DNA from: Lingula anatina
Lineage: Eukaryota; Animalia; Brachiopoda
Assembly (NCBI GenBank): GCA_051362555.1
Contig: CM120640.1
Span: 47,656,788-47,720,787 of the forward strand
Length of the DNA: 64,000 bases
Reading direction: 5' to 3'
The translations under genes and the position numbers were made by a program. Under the pieces are notes generated by a model, which had not been told where the DNA came from, made no database searches, and worked only from the letters and a program-made list of their open reading frames with translations. Each line of letters begins with the position of its first letter. The stretch's first letter is position 1. Positions 1 to 11,919 of the stretch are shown piece after piece.

Positions 1-606
1 TATGCCAGGAAAATTCTTAGTATGAGTTTTTTCCTTGAAAGACCTTATGCTGCTAATCTTCAAGTGAAATACCCAGTCAAAATTGAAATAACATTATTAT
101 ACAACACTGCAGAGTTCTGTCTGATTCTCAAATTGTTCTAATTTCATTTAACATTTTATTTCATATCCTATCCTGGAATATTTTTAATTTTATAAAATAC
201 TTTTGAAAATCTTATAGTACTTTGTTTTTGATGGGCCCACAATTCTGAACTCGCCTTGGCCAGATTAAAATTCTGATCTGACTTACGTGAAGTAAAAACC
301 AAGCTCAGATTGGAATTTTGATCTGGCATTATTTTTGATCTGTCACCTCTAACGCATATAATCTGGTTTTTGTAGGATTTCCCCAGAAGGGCATTAGGGC
401 CCTCATATATTCAGCATAATTAAATCACATAAGTGTTGTGACTATAAAATATCACATTAAATCTAACCATTCAAAATGTGAACTTTTCAAGCCAGGTGAA
501 CTTCATTTGTATGAGATTTTCACAAAATTTTTATTCAGATTTTACAAACATAGTAAGGTTTATCCAATACTTTATCTTTTGATTGTCATTTATTCTGTCA
601 CCTCAG

Positions 607-2822
607 AGAAAACAGTATAAGTCATATAGCTGAAGACTTTGAGTCAGGGGAGTCCCAGACCCAGCAAAGATTGGTCCATGTGTCCAGCAGGTCCACTGTG
701 GTCAGCAGACCTTCAAGCCAACAACTGGGTGGCCGAAACCATGGCAACTGTATTCGGGAAGCTAGAAAGCAGGTAATATGTGAGAGACTGAAGGGGAGAG
801 AGTATTTGTATCATAGATCTCTAAACTAATGTGGAGGAAAGATCATGGACGTAAAAACAGTCAGAGAAAAAGCATTTTCACATCAGGCATTATACACCTA
901 TCAGTAACGAAAAACTTACTCAGTTTTAAACATGTCATTACACCAACTTAAAGGGAGAAGGGGGCTCTGTTTATGTGACTTATGTAACAGCAAGTTGTCT
1001 TCCATAAGTAAGATACAAGTGACATGTGAACAGAAATTTTGGAAGTGGTTAAAATCACTGTGAGAGTTCCTCTATTTTTGGGTTCTGACAAAGTGTATTA
1101 GGGGAGACCAGGGCAAGTTGGCCCAGTTAGACACTTTTGGCCTTGTGGAGCCAACTAGGAATGAGATAAAGTAACAAAACCAGTTTCAAAGTAAGACCCA
1201 TGAACTAAGCTACGTATGCAACGTCATTATTTTTTAAATATAGTGCCAGGTGGCTCACAATTTGACAAAAAATGCAGTTGTCGTCAGGGGCGTAACCAGG
1301 CATATGCACGGATGCACTGTGCGTACAATTTTTTGAGCCAACCATGATGTTATTCTCCAAAAATTCAGTGTATTTTTCACGGAATATAATCGTACCTGAG
1401 AATTTTCAAAATCTGTGCGTACAATTTTGAATGGTCTGGTAACGCCCCTGGTCGTCAGGGGGGGCCAACTTGCCCCACCACGGGGCAAGTTGGCCCCAGG
1501 GTCAGGGCAAGTTGGCCCCCTATACGAAAATGAAGTAAGTATCCCATGTATACACCTTGAAATACATTTTTATACATTTTCAATGTATAAAAATTGATTT
1601 TTGAGAGTCTTTGATGAAAAAATAGTTCAAATGAGGCAGATTTATCGTTTCCGATGCACGTTGTAGGGGGGCCTATGTGTTGCAAGAAACAAAATATCTA
1701 TCAATAAAATTTGTTTTGTTTTAATTAAGAATAAATTAATAATGGTATAAAGCAGGTTATTAATGAATGAAAACGAATAATAAATTTTCCTTTTAAAAGA
1801 AACTAACAAATTCAGTTTAAAACCATTGAGTTTGTTTCAACAATGGTCTCTAGCTCTGTTGCGCACAAAGGTTTGTGGGTAAAATGAGGGTCCATCTGCT
1901 ACTGCTTAGAAGTGAAAAGGACCTTCTAGACTTATGTACAACATGGTTTTCACTTTGGAGTGATGGGCATTGTGTCAAAAGACACCAAGATGCTAGTTTA
2001 TTTTAAAGGATAACAGCCATTTATGGTACTAGAATGAGCAATGTTGATACATCTCTGTGAAACTTGAATCATTGAGCTTCAGTTTGATGCCCTATACATA
2101 TATTATATTCGATCAAAAGCCTATGAAAAAAAGATTTTGAAATCTCTTAAACAAAATTACTTTTAGGTGGAAAAAATCGTTTATTTCGACTCGCCACTTA
2201 AGTAAAACTTTTTAACGTCCGACACTTCCTTAGCATTGTGGGCTACGGTCACTTTACAAGAGTATGTGGCCAATTTTTTTACCCCTTAGTTACTTTTTCA
2301 TAAATTGATGGGGGACCAACTTACCCCGGGGTCCAACTAGCCCCGTTCTCCCCTAATGTGGTAGGGAGGCTGGGAGAAATGGGATGTGTGACAATTAGCC
2401 AACAACTGGCTAGTGTAGAGACCTATATCCATCAGTGCAAGCCTAACTTGGTACCTTGCTTTGGAAATAATAGAGATGGATACTCTTTCTAAAGTAGGGG
2501 CAATTTGCACATCAGCCATCATAAGGAGCCTGGATAATGGTCCATTGTGTTATGTTGAGTGGCTGAACTACAATGATTTAGCTGGAAATGGAATGGAATG
2601 TGTAACAGAAATACATTATTTGAGAGGGGAAAGGAGAAAGAAGGGTTAGAAAAACACGTGACAACAATTTTATGAGGACTTAGTTTAATTGTATATTCAA
2701 TATTCCCATCTCACCTGGGCTGAATGGTAACTACACTTGTTTTTAGACTATTGCCGAAAAATAAAAGGTGAATAAGTGATAAGTGTGCCCCAAAAACAAT
2801 TTTCTGCATGGAGCACAGTGCA

Positions 2823-2904
<82 letters not shown>

Positions 2905-4440
2905 TTTTATTGACAGCAGAATTTGAAGATTCAGTGAAATAAATTATTTTACAGGTGTTAGACATTTGGATGAACTGATATTTAGAACTTTTTTTATTGT
3001 AGGTGATCAAGATGCTGATTGTAATCATTATTGCCTTTTTGATCTGCTGGGGTCCCAAGCTCATCCTTGACATCTTAATTAAAACACGAATTAATCGGAA
3101 GATCATCTTCAGTCCTATAACCTTCAAAATCAAGGTAGGTGGCACAAGTATGGTAGAGTTAAAGATATCAGGTTAAATCCTGGTTTAACACTAAAAAGTG
3201 TGGGGCTTTTTTTTACCAGAAAGCATGTACATACTGTCACAAATTTGAAAATTTTGAATAAATTTATGACAGTTGCATGGCTATAAGTTTGTACCTGAAC
3301 ATGGTACAACCACCATTAATGTAGGAATTATTTAAGAATTTTAGTACATATAATACTTTTCACAAAAATTTATAATATTTGATTCCTTATTGCCAAAGTA
3401 TGTATCTATGGCTAGTAAGATAATATCTTTATTTAGTTGAACAAATTTGTACTATCATGTGTGACCTGGTTTTTAAGCTCTCTCCCCAAACATCATCTGG
3501 GTAAAGTGGCCAGAGAAACAGTGCAGGCTCTGGCAAGATTTACATTAACCAATTTGTTCTGGGCACATGTGGAATCAGTTCTTCGCGGTTATTGATCTTT
3601 ATTATGCATTTAATACACATGGTTAACTTGGAGGTTCTCTCAAGTAATTGACGTTTAATTTGTTTAAATGTAAAGTATATTACTATTGACCTTCTAATGA
3701 ATTATTGTCCATATGGTAAGTTTTAGCCTTGTTGTTAGGCACAGCAATTGCCATATTTAAGGTAATCAGAAATCAATTGGTGGGTTAATGCTCAGATACA
3801 GACATCAGTGGAGAGTGATACTGCAAGAATAGGATGCTGCAAGTTTGGCACCAAATTGCAATGCATTTTCCTTTCCAAATTTGCAGCAAATTTTCAACTG
3901 AAGTTTGTGTTGGGCCACATATTTTGTTTAAATCAAACAAAAGGCATTTTGGCATTTGTCTGTTAAAATGACCAAAAAGTAATACTTGCCCCCAGATAAG
4001 TTCAGCAAGAAGTGGTTTCTGATGTAATTAATGTGTGTTTATTAATATCTTATTATTTTTCTCTTTTCAGTCTTTATCACATTGTCATTATCCTGTTTCA
4101 GGTGGCATTCAGTCTCCTCCCGTATATACAAAGTTGCCTGAACCCAATCATCTATGGCTTTATGTCGAGCAACTTCAGGCGAAGTTTGGTAAACTCCTGT
4201 AACACCTACCTACATTTATGTCAAAGAAGAAAAGGTCGTACATATTTTGATCCTGATACTGATTCAAAATCCACCCAGCATACACGTCTATCACCGTCAT
4301 TTCACCGTGGAGGAAGTCACAATGGTTCTTCAGGCGGTGTGGAGCAATTGCCCTTGACACCAAAGAAGTCTCCATCAGAGGGAAATGGAAGGGGGTCCTT
4401 CCACATGTACAAAGGAAGCAATGGCCTTAGAAAAGACTAA
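607..4440 (+). CDS. Class A (rhodopsin-like) GPCR, peptide/neuropeptide-receptor type; 3' part only (ICL3, TM6, TM7, C-tail)
   Basis: Phase-consistent AG/GT exons: 607-772 (ENSISHIAEDF...IREARKQ), 3003-3134 (VIKMLIVIIIAFLICWGPKL, TM6 CWxP motif), 4102-4440 (VAFSLLPYIQSCLNPIIYGFMSSNFRRS, TM7 NPxxY plus helix 8, stop TAA). The 5' exons lie upstream of the window. The ligand family cannot be fixed. Confidence 0.9.
1285..1450. mobile_element. MITE nested in the 1101-2353 element
   Basis: TIRs CAGGGGCGTAACCAG ... CTGGTAACGCCCCTG, flanked by a GTCGT direct repeat (1280-1284, 1451-1455). A diverged partial copy lies in reverse orientation at about 36200-36306. Confidence 0.8.
1900..1999 (+). mobile_element. 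About 97-bp Helitron/Helentron-like short element (copy 1)
   Basis: Near-identical to 10088-10186. Contains inverted AAGTGAAAA/TTTTCACTT, a GTGTC-AAAA-GACAC stem-loop and a CTAGT end. Confidence 0.6.
2827..2901. repeat. (TA)n microsatellite
   Basis: Perfect AT dinucleotide run. Confidence 0.95.
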
Positions 4441-4737
4441 GAAAATCATGGGGAAATTTACTGTATGTTTTGGCAACTGTATATTTGTGATGACAAGGGT
4501 CTGTTGAGCAAGGATTCAACAACAATCAGGTGCTGAATCTGAAATGTTATATTATATTAGGCACTTTGATTGAGACTGGAGTATGATCATGGCTATGGAC
4601 ATTGGGAATGTTGAAAGAGAGAAATAAACAATCCTCTAAAAATTGAAAAATATATATGGTACTGCTCATAGCTATCTCACATCCTGAGACAGATATAGCT
4701 CTGTGGGATAATAGTTTGCTTATACTTAAAAAAAGGC

Positions 4738-4770
<33 letters not shown>

Positions 4771-4774
4771 AAAC

Positions 4775-4815
<41 letters not shown>

Positions 4816-4828
4816 CTCTCTCTCTCTC
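4738..4828. repeat. (CT)n microsatellite, interrupted
   Basis: CT runs with AAA interruptions, downstream of the GPCR stop. Confidence 0.9.
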
Positions 4829-6092
4829 AAACTTATTGATTTAGTCTTGAAAGAACTGTTGTCAATAAAAAAATTAATCCAAAGACTGTTTTAGATCCAG
4901 CAGTTGTCTAAAAGCATGCCAGCAGGTAACTAAATTAGTGAGAAGCCCTATTTAGACTTAGATGGAAGGTGTGGTTTTGGTCAATGTTTCCATGATGTGA
5001 AAACTCTGCTGCTGCTTTGCAAGTTGAATGTAGATAGGGAATAACAATATGATACAAGTGTTCATGAAAAGATGTTTTTTATTGTGTATTTGATTAAAAA
5101 AAGTAGTTTCAATTATAAATATCTTTTAATTAATTATAATGGAACAAATCATTAAAAATGATGAAATGAGTCCTTTAATGTTAGGTGTATGCTACAATTA
5201 TGTTATACAGACATATACTTACATAAGATACATGTATGTTATCAGAAAAGGAATTAAGGCAGACATAAAACAGCAGGCAAAACACATGAAAGAAGAAGAA
5301 GAACCACTTTTCTCAATGGCAATCACTTCAGGCTGTCTGCCTGCATTACTTTTCTTGACTTAAAAAATGAAATCCAGACAATTATAAATGGTTTATAGAT
5401 CCTGAGGGCATATTTGAACAACAACCTCCCTGCATGTGATTAGCTTGATTTAGTGTAACCTCTGTAAAGTTCTGTCCTAAAAAGCATGTTTAAGAGATCT
5501 ATCTAGTTATTCTGTCATGTACATGATGCTATGAACTTCACAATCATGTCGGCATCCGGATTTTTGCCTTTTGGTTTAGATATACCCATGTATGTACTGT
5601 ACTGCATGTACATGCATATCATATTTTGTATTGCTGACAGGTTGAGTTACATAAGAAATGTTGAAAAGGTGTAGGGTTATGTGTAATATACATGCATTCA
5701 TGCAAGATGATGTAATAAACATAAGTAAAAACAGTCAGTGTTCATAGTAGGTGTTTGACAGCTTTGTTTTATACTTATTTGACAGCTGTGCTTACTTAAG
5801 TTATCAAAGCTGGGATAGAATTGCAATCAGTATTTATCTTGGAGCAACACATAGTTATGAATGCCATGGAAAGTGTACTTTCCAAATTAAAAAAAAAATG
5901 TAACCAAATATAATAAAATTAGGCTGTAGGGCCTCTAGAATATTGCAAAACTTTTCTAAACAAACTGTCCAATATCAGTGGCTTATTTTAACCGAAACTT
6001 TATTTTGTACGTAGATTTGTAATTATGGAAAGTTGATTGCTTGAGTCTCATTCAGATTAATAATTATTTCAAGTTATGTAAAACATATGGTA

Positions 6093-6158
6093 TGTGTGTG
6101 TGTGTGTGTGCGTGTGTGTGTGTGTGTGTATATGTAGAGAGAGAGAGAGAAAGAGAGA
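6093..6158. repeat. Compound (TG)n/(AG)n microsatellite
   Basis: Seen directly. Confidence 0.85.
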
Positions 6159-6541
6159 CTGTTGTAAAGAATGCCAATAATGTTTTGGAGTGTTGTAAAA
6201 GTAAATCTTACCTTGTGTAGCATCAGCAAGACACAAAATTCCATTGAGATTCTCATCAACCTACACTAAGTCACTGATAACAGGGTGTTCAAATCATTGT
6301 ACTCATCAATGGAGTAGTTAGAATTACAAGAAAATTTGTTTTCTCTATTTATTCAGAATAGGAGAGAGACTATTAATGCTCAAATCTTGTCATTAGTTGA
6401 TTAATAACATCAGAATAAAGTTAGCAGATTTTGTGACGAATTAGCTTTTTATCACTTGTATATGCTACATGTTTAAAACATGAAACTGTATTAGTTGTGA
6501 AAGAACATAATTCAGTTCATACAGGGAGGTTCAGACAGTAA

Positions 6542-6777
6542 GGCTGCGTTCACATGAAAAATCTATTTTCTAAAAATCTATTTGTGGTATCCTGTGATCA
6601 TGGTCTGTGCCCTGGATACCCCACGGCGTAATTATGGGCAGCGCGAGCCAGTTACTTCCAAAGCTGTAATTAATTGTCCGCGCTGCCAGTAATTATGCCG
6701 CGGGGTATTCAGGGCACAAGATACCGCAAATAGATTTTTAGATTTTTAGAAAATAGATTTTTCATGTGAACGCAGCC
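6542..6777. mobile_element. PIF/Harbinger-type MITE
   Basis: TAA|GGCTGCGTTCACATGAAAAATCTATTTTCTAAAAATCTA ... TAGATTTTTAGAAAATAGATTTTTCATGTGAACGCAGCC|TAA. The 3-bp TAA duplication and long TIRs are typical of Harbinger MITEs. The interior is also quasi-palindromic. Confidence 0.85.
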
Positions 6778-7642
6778 TAAGTGACTATGGACAGCCATGA
6801 ATTTTGTGCAGCCAGAATCTTTTTGAAAAAGTAATGGCCAGGACTCGTCTTTTTTGGATACACTGCATATAATGTTAGAAATGGCTGTAAAAGTTGATGC
6901 TGACAAAGAGCATTAAGGGAAATGTAGTTTAAAGACTTAAAAAATTGAATTGAGTCCTTGTTTTGAACAACTTTACATTGTCTTTTTTTTTTCTAAAAAA
7001 AAAAAAAAGAAAAAAGAATAAGAAAAAAAGCAGTTCATGGTGGTCATTGTATTGTGATGTTTTGAAATCAGTAGTGAGAGGAGGAATTGATAAAAATCGA
7101 GTAGATCTGCTATTGATTGAGATAGATCTAAATATTCTCAGTGTATCAGACCATATCATGTCATTGGACCAAGTCATCAATAATTGCTTTTCAGGTTTCA
7201 ATGAATTTCACTTTTTGAATTATTTATTATTATTATTATATTATTTTATTATTATTATTTTATTTATTTATTGAATTAGACAGAGAAAGGGGCTTTATGA
7301 TTCAGACGAGGATCGTGATATGCTCTTTTTCTTCATAAAGAGTATGTATATAAACACAAAGTCAACTGTTAGGTACAATAATTAATTCAGAGTGTTCTGT
7401 TATGGTGGTCACTGGGCAATTTGTGAGTCTTTGTCATTAAATAACTCTGCACTACTTTAACTATCAGATCTTTAACTCAGAGGAGAGTGTGAAAATCCCT
7501 TGTTTATGTACTGGTAGATGCATTCTGACATTCTGGTAATGTATTAGTTATTATTGAGAGTATTTATGTGATGAATTTAATGTGCAATGATATAACTTTA
7601 CAAAGTTAAGCTTAAATGAGATGCTTGTCATCTTTTTCTTTT

Positions 7643-7673
<31 letters not shown>

Positions 7674-10087
7674 TTTGTGAAGAGGCAATAAATTGTGTGC
7701 TGTAAAATAAATTTTTGCTAAAGGGGAAAAACATAAAATGGTTTGTCTTGCCAGCATGCATTTTTATTATCAATGTCATAGAATAAAGGTTAGATAAGAA
7801 ACTTTCTCATCAAAACCAGTTTCTTCATAACAAATTGGGAAATTGTTATAGATAGGTTTGCACTATATTTCCTTCAGCCCTGGTCACACTTATCTTGAGT
7901 GGAGAGGATCTAAAAGGAAATGATTGTACAGTATATTTAATGCAGTCATAACTCGCCACATTTCATAGAGAGGTCACTTGATCAGTTTATTACCCATTAA
8001 TAATATAAATGAGGAGCTCGTAGGTGCTTGTACTTGTCAGGAGTGGGTAAATTGGGCTAGGGCCCTGTGGACTGCTCCAGCAGAACTACCAGTATTCTAA
8101 CAATCAGCCTTAGACATTGTTGAACTTTCCATAATTAGTGCACTGTGTGGAAGTTCACAGACTTGACTGTCAAATTAAGTAAAAATAGTGTTAGTAAATG
8201 AAACCACATGTTGTGAGTTGAGTACCTCTCCAAAGATAAAAATGTAAGATAACATGAAAAGTTGCTCACTTATACCAATTACCTTTCCATACAAACACTA
8301 CGTGTTATTTCTGAAAAGGGCACTAGCAAGATGAAGAAGCAGTGAATATCACCCAGAAAAATGTCCAATGCCATAATAAATATTTTTCAGGAATCTTAAT
8401 TTCTTAATAAAAAATATAACAGCCCTTTGGCTTTTTCTGAACTCTTGCATTTTTTCTATTTTCAGAATAAATTAGATAATCAATTTTAAAATGAATGAAT
8501 AAGGTCCTTGTAGTTGTCAACTCTGTGTTTTTGTTCAGTCATCTGTGTTTAACTGTTTCAACATGTGAGATGTACAACTGACTTGAAAAACATGTACAAA
8601 ATTAGTTGTCATGTGAGCAACATCATTTTCACACCGATGAGCTTAAGATGGCTCTTTCATATTCATTTCATGTTCCTAGAAAAAAAACAGCCAAACACTT
8701 TTTGTATCTATTCTCTAACAAAACTCAATTACAGTAGGACCAGAGAACTCAACAAAATCCCTCTTTTTTGTTGTTGTTGTTAATTAAAAGAACTAGTGAT
8801 GGAAAAGAAATTAACCAAGATGCAAAAATGTAGAAAGCAGAATTTGAGAAAAAACATTTATGTATACATATTACCCAGAAATATAAATTTGACTTAAATC
8901 AATACAAATATTTAAAAATCAAAGGCATTATAACCAACATTTTTTTTTCAAATTCATTAGTTCATTTATATACATGTAATACAAGACGTGATCGTTATAC
9001 CAAGTACCAGCACATGCTCATACCAGTCAGTCAGAGAAACGTTGCAAATTTGTCTCCTGCTGTGAAATATGGGTTGAAAGGTCTTGCAGCTTATTTCCTA
9101 AACCACTTGTGATTCACTCCCTGCTGTCAATGTTTCACATTTTTGTGAAGTTTTTTATTACCAGTTTGGTAAAAGAATCGGCAGATACTTTTGTAGACTT
9201 GCATGTTGGAGCATAAAAACGGAATCAGTAGCTCAATACCTGATATACTATATACAAGGCACTTCGAAGGTGTGGTCGCGTTTATGTTTAGTACAACTGT
9301 CCTTCAACAAACCAGTATGTATATAGCAGTGGTATTGAGGTGGGTAATTGCAGTAGTAGAGCTGGATTTACAGTGTATATCACACCTCTCGCAGTGGACT
9401 ATTTGAGCTCAGCAAGCACATTAAGTTCTTAAAAAAAAAAAGACCTGTGCGTGATAACATTTAAACTTAAAACACATGTATGACGTATTTGTTGTTTTGA
9501 GCATTAAATGGATCACAATTGAATACGTGTAGTCGGGTTATCAAGAAAAAAACTCGGCAGTGATACAGTTGCTTGGAAAAAGCTTGTTTGTGGTATTTTT
9601 GTCTCTGATGCTCTCCTTAAAATATTCCGTAGTCCTGTGGGACTCTATTGGACTCTATCGGAATCCCACTGGACGAGATGGGGCTCCATAGCAGGGGCGG
9701 ATTGAGGCCGTCTGCTGGGTCTTCCGGAAGACAGTCAGATTTTCAAGTTTACATTGATGGGTATCTAATTTTTCTGTCGGAAGACGGTCAAAATGGAGAA
9801 TGGATCAACAAAGATAAATTTGAAGACTGTCCCTGCATTGGTATTTTGTCGGACATCATATAAGATGCCTGTGGAGAACATATGTCCAAAAAGAACCTCT
9901 AGAATTTTGGGCCAATTTTTATAGAACAGCCTATAGGACCCTTTAGGAAATTTCCGTAGGGGCCTGTACGCTGTACTAGAGTTTCAAACGCTTGCGTCTT
10001 AGGCTTACTTTTTAAGTACATCTATTTTAATTCCCTTGATAAAATTGCTTACCATTTGTAAAATTGACTGTAATTCATTAATCCGTT

Positions 10088-10186
10088 TACTGCTTAGAAG
10101 TGAAAAGGACCTTCTAGACTTATGCACAACATGGTTTTCACTTTGGAGTGATGGGCACTGTGTCAAAAGACACCAAGATGCTAGTA
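10088..10186 (+). mobile_element. About 97-bp Helitron/Helentron-like short element (copy 2)
   Basis: Matches 1900-1997 with about 2 substitutions; same hairpin and CTAGT end. Confidence 0.6.
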
Positions 10187-11749
10187 TACCCCTACTTGTT
10201 AGCTCTTTGAATTCTGTAACCTTTATACATATTCTACTGTTAATATTGTAAACTGTTTACCAGAACAAAAGTGACAGACCTGTCGAAGGCATGTGATATA
10301 GGCCTAAGTTGTCACGTTCTGTAATATTCGTTGATTTCTTTGCTCAATTTAGACATGCGAAACAACTTAAACGCAATTTATAATTTGAAGTGAAACAAGA
10401 AAAGCAATTGAAATATTATCTATCATTATCGGACAGGCGTTATCTTTACTGGTTCCTAACGTTTTGAGTTACGTTTCAGTTTCAATCTTTTTCAAGATTT
10501 GAAAGCAGTGTCATACGTTTTTACATGTAGTTAAAGCACGCAAGGAGGGCATTTCAATTCGTTAACCAACGTTTTGACTAGTTTCCTCGGGTGTACAGAT
10601 TTTAAGTTATTACTAATTGATGTTTAGAAAGTGACTGGACATGTGGTGTCCAGGCAAATAAATAGTATCACTGGTTTACTTATGGGTTCTCTGATTTATT
10701 ATAAACCAACAGCCTGCCATTACTTTTTTCCCTTTCATCTCGAGTAAGTACACATTTAAAACGTTATTTAAAATGCCTAATATACATAAGCATGATGCCA
10801 TAACAAGGAAATGCTTAAGATAAAGATGTTTTCAACATTAATTGTGAAATATCTATTTAATGCATCCGGGGAAAGTGCGCAAAATACTGCCTCTTGTTCT
10901 TTCAGATTGTTGAAATTATTGAGATAAAATCTGTTGTACAAAAAGATAAGTACTGAAAAAATGCCGTTGCTTTTATCCCAGCTGCTTAAGAGATTTTTCT
11001 TCTGCTCTATAAAAGATATGTAATCTCATACATGTGCCAAGTAAACAGCAAAACATCGGATATGCCAGCGTCACATGACTTGCAAGGCCACGGTGCTAAG
11101 GTTGTTTTCTATTTTTGCCTTGTGCTTGGTTCGCTAACTAGAGAGAGGACTTGGAAAAAATATAAATGGAATATATAATTGAGGTTAATACTTTAATATG
11201 ATTGAGTATTGTCGCAATAATGCGTTGTTGCTTTTCGCGAATTTCAATTTAAATACGATTATATATGTGACTTGGAAACAAACTGCTAGATGGAAAAAAT
11301 CATGAGTAAACAGTAAACAGGCCCATATCAACCCCGGTTTCAGTGTCAGTTGTTTACAAGTTCATTTTTTCTTTCAACAGTTTCTGAACAATGATCCCAT
11401 GACTGCAATTAACATAAATGTTTGCTGTGCTATCACAATTAAAGATCAAATTGCTGTCCTCTGAGTCAAAACCATGCCCTCCTTCACAGAGCTTAGAAAA
11501 GCGGTATATCATTTTTAAAAAATCCCGGCTTTTTGTTAACAGTTGATAGATTCTGATCTAGATGGTTTTTGTCAAAACATTCAATCAAATATTTATTTTT
11601 TTAAAAATCTATATCTAAATGATAATCCAGTGTTATCCGTTTCAATCGATAAAATGTTATCACAGATGACCCTTGAACAACATCGTGTACGGCCTGCAGC
11701 AGCGCACTTTGTTTGCATAAGGTGCTCCACCCCGTGCGAGAGGTTCCTG

Positions 11750-11756
11750 TGCACTC
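11750..11756 (+). promoter_or_regulatory. Candidate metal-response element core (TGCRCNC) upstream of ferritin
   Basis: TGCACTC about 165 bp before the ferritin ATG, in a CpG-containing GC-richer patch. A 7-mer match alone is weak. Confidence 0.3.
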
Positions 11757-11919
11757 CGCTTGAACTTCAACCTATGTCTCAGGTCACCATTCAGCCAAGA
11801 GTAATAAAACCCCGATACGCCTCCTTATGTCCCAAATAGCTTGAAGTATTACCGCTTGAAACAGCGCACGTAGAACTTATTTTCTGTTGTTTAATTCAGC
11901 TTGCTGGTGACATTTCGAG

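Larger units (their letters stand above)
1101..2353. mobile_element. Non-autonomous TIR DNA transposon with TA target duplication (Tc1/mariner-pogo-like) in a GPCR intron
   Basis: TA|GGGGAGACCAGGGCAAGTTGGCCC ... GGTCCAACTAGCCCCGTTCTCCCC|TA. Internal GGGCAAGTTGGCCCC repeats at about 1461-1520. Two smaller elements are nested inside. Confidence 0.75.

Noticed and set aside
2711-3145. 144-aa minus-strand ORF with an IY run
   Set aside because: Antisense to a GPCR exon and extended by a (TA)n microsatellite.
11331-11352. CAGTGT as a possible IRE loop
   Set aside because: The flanks GGTTT and CAGTT do not pair.
11851-11876. IRE-like CAGCGC loop followed by ACGTA upstream of the ferritin ATG
   Set aside because: The loop is not CAGUGN and the 5' arm (TGAAA) cannot pair with ACGTA, so no stem forms.
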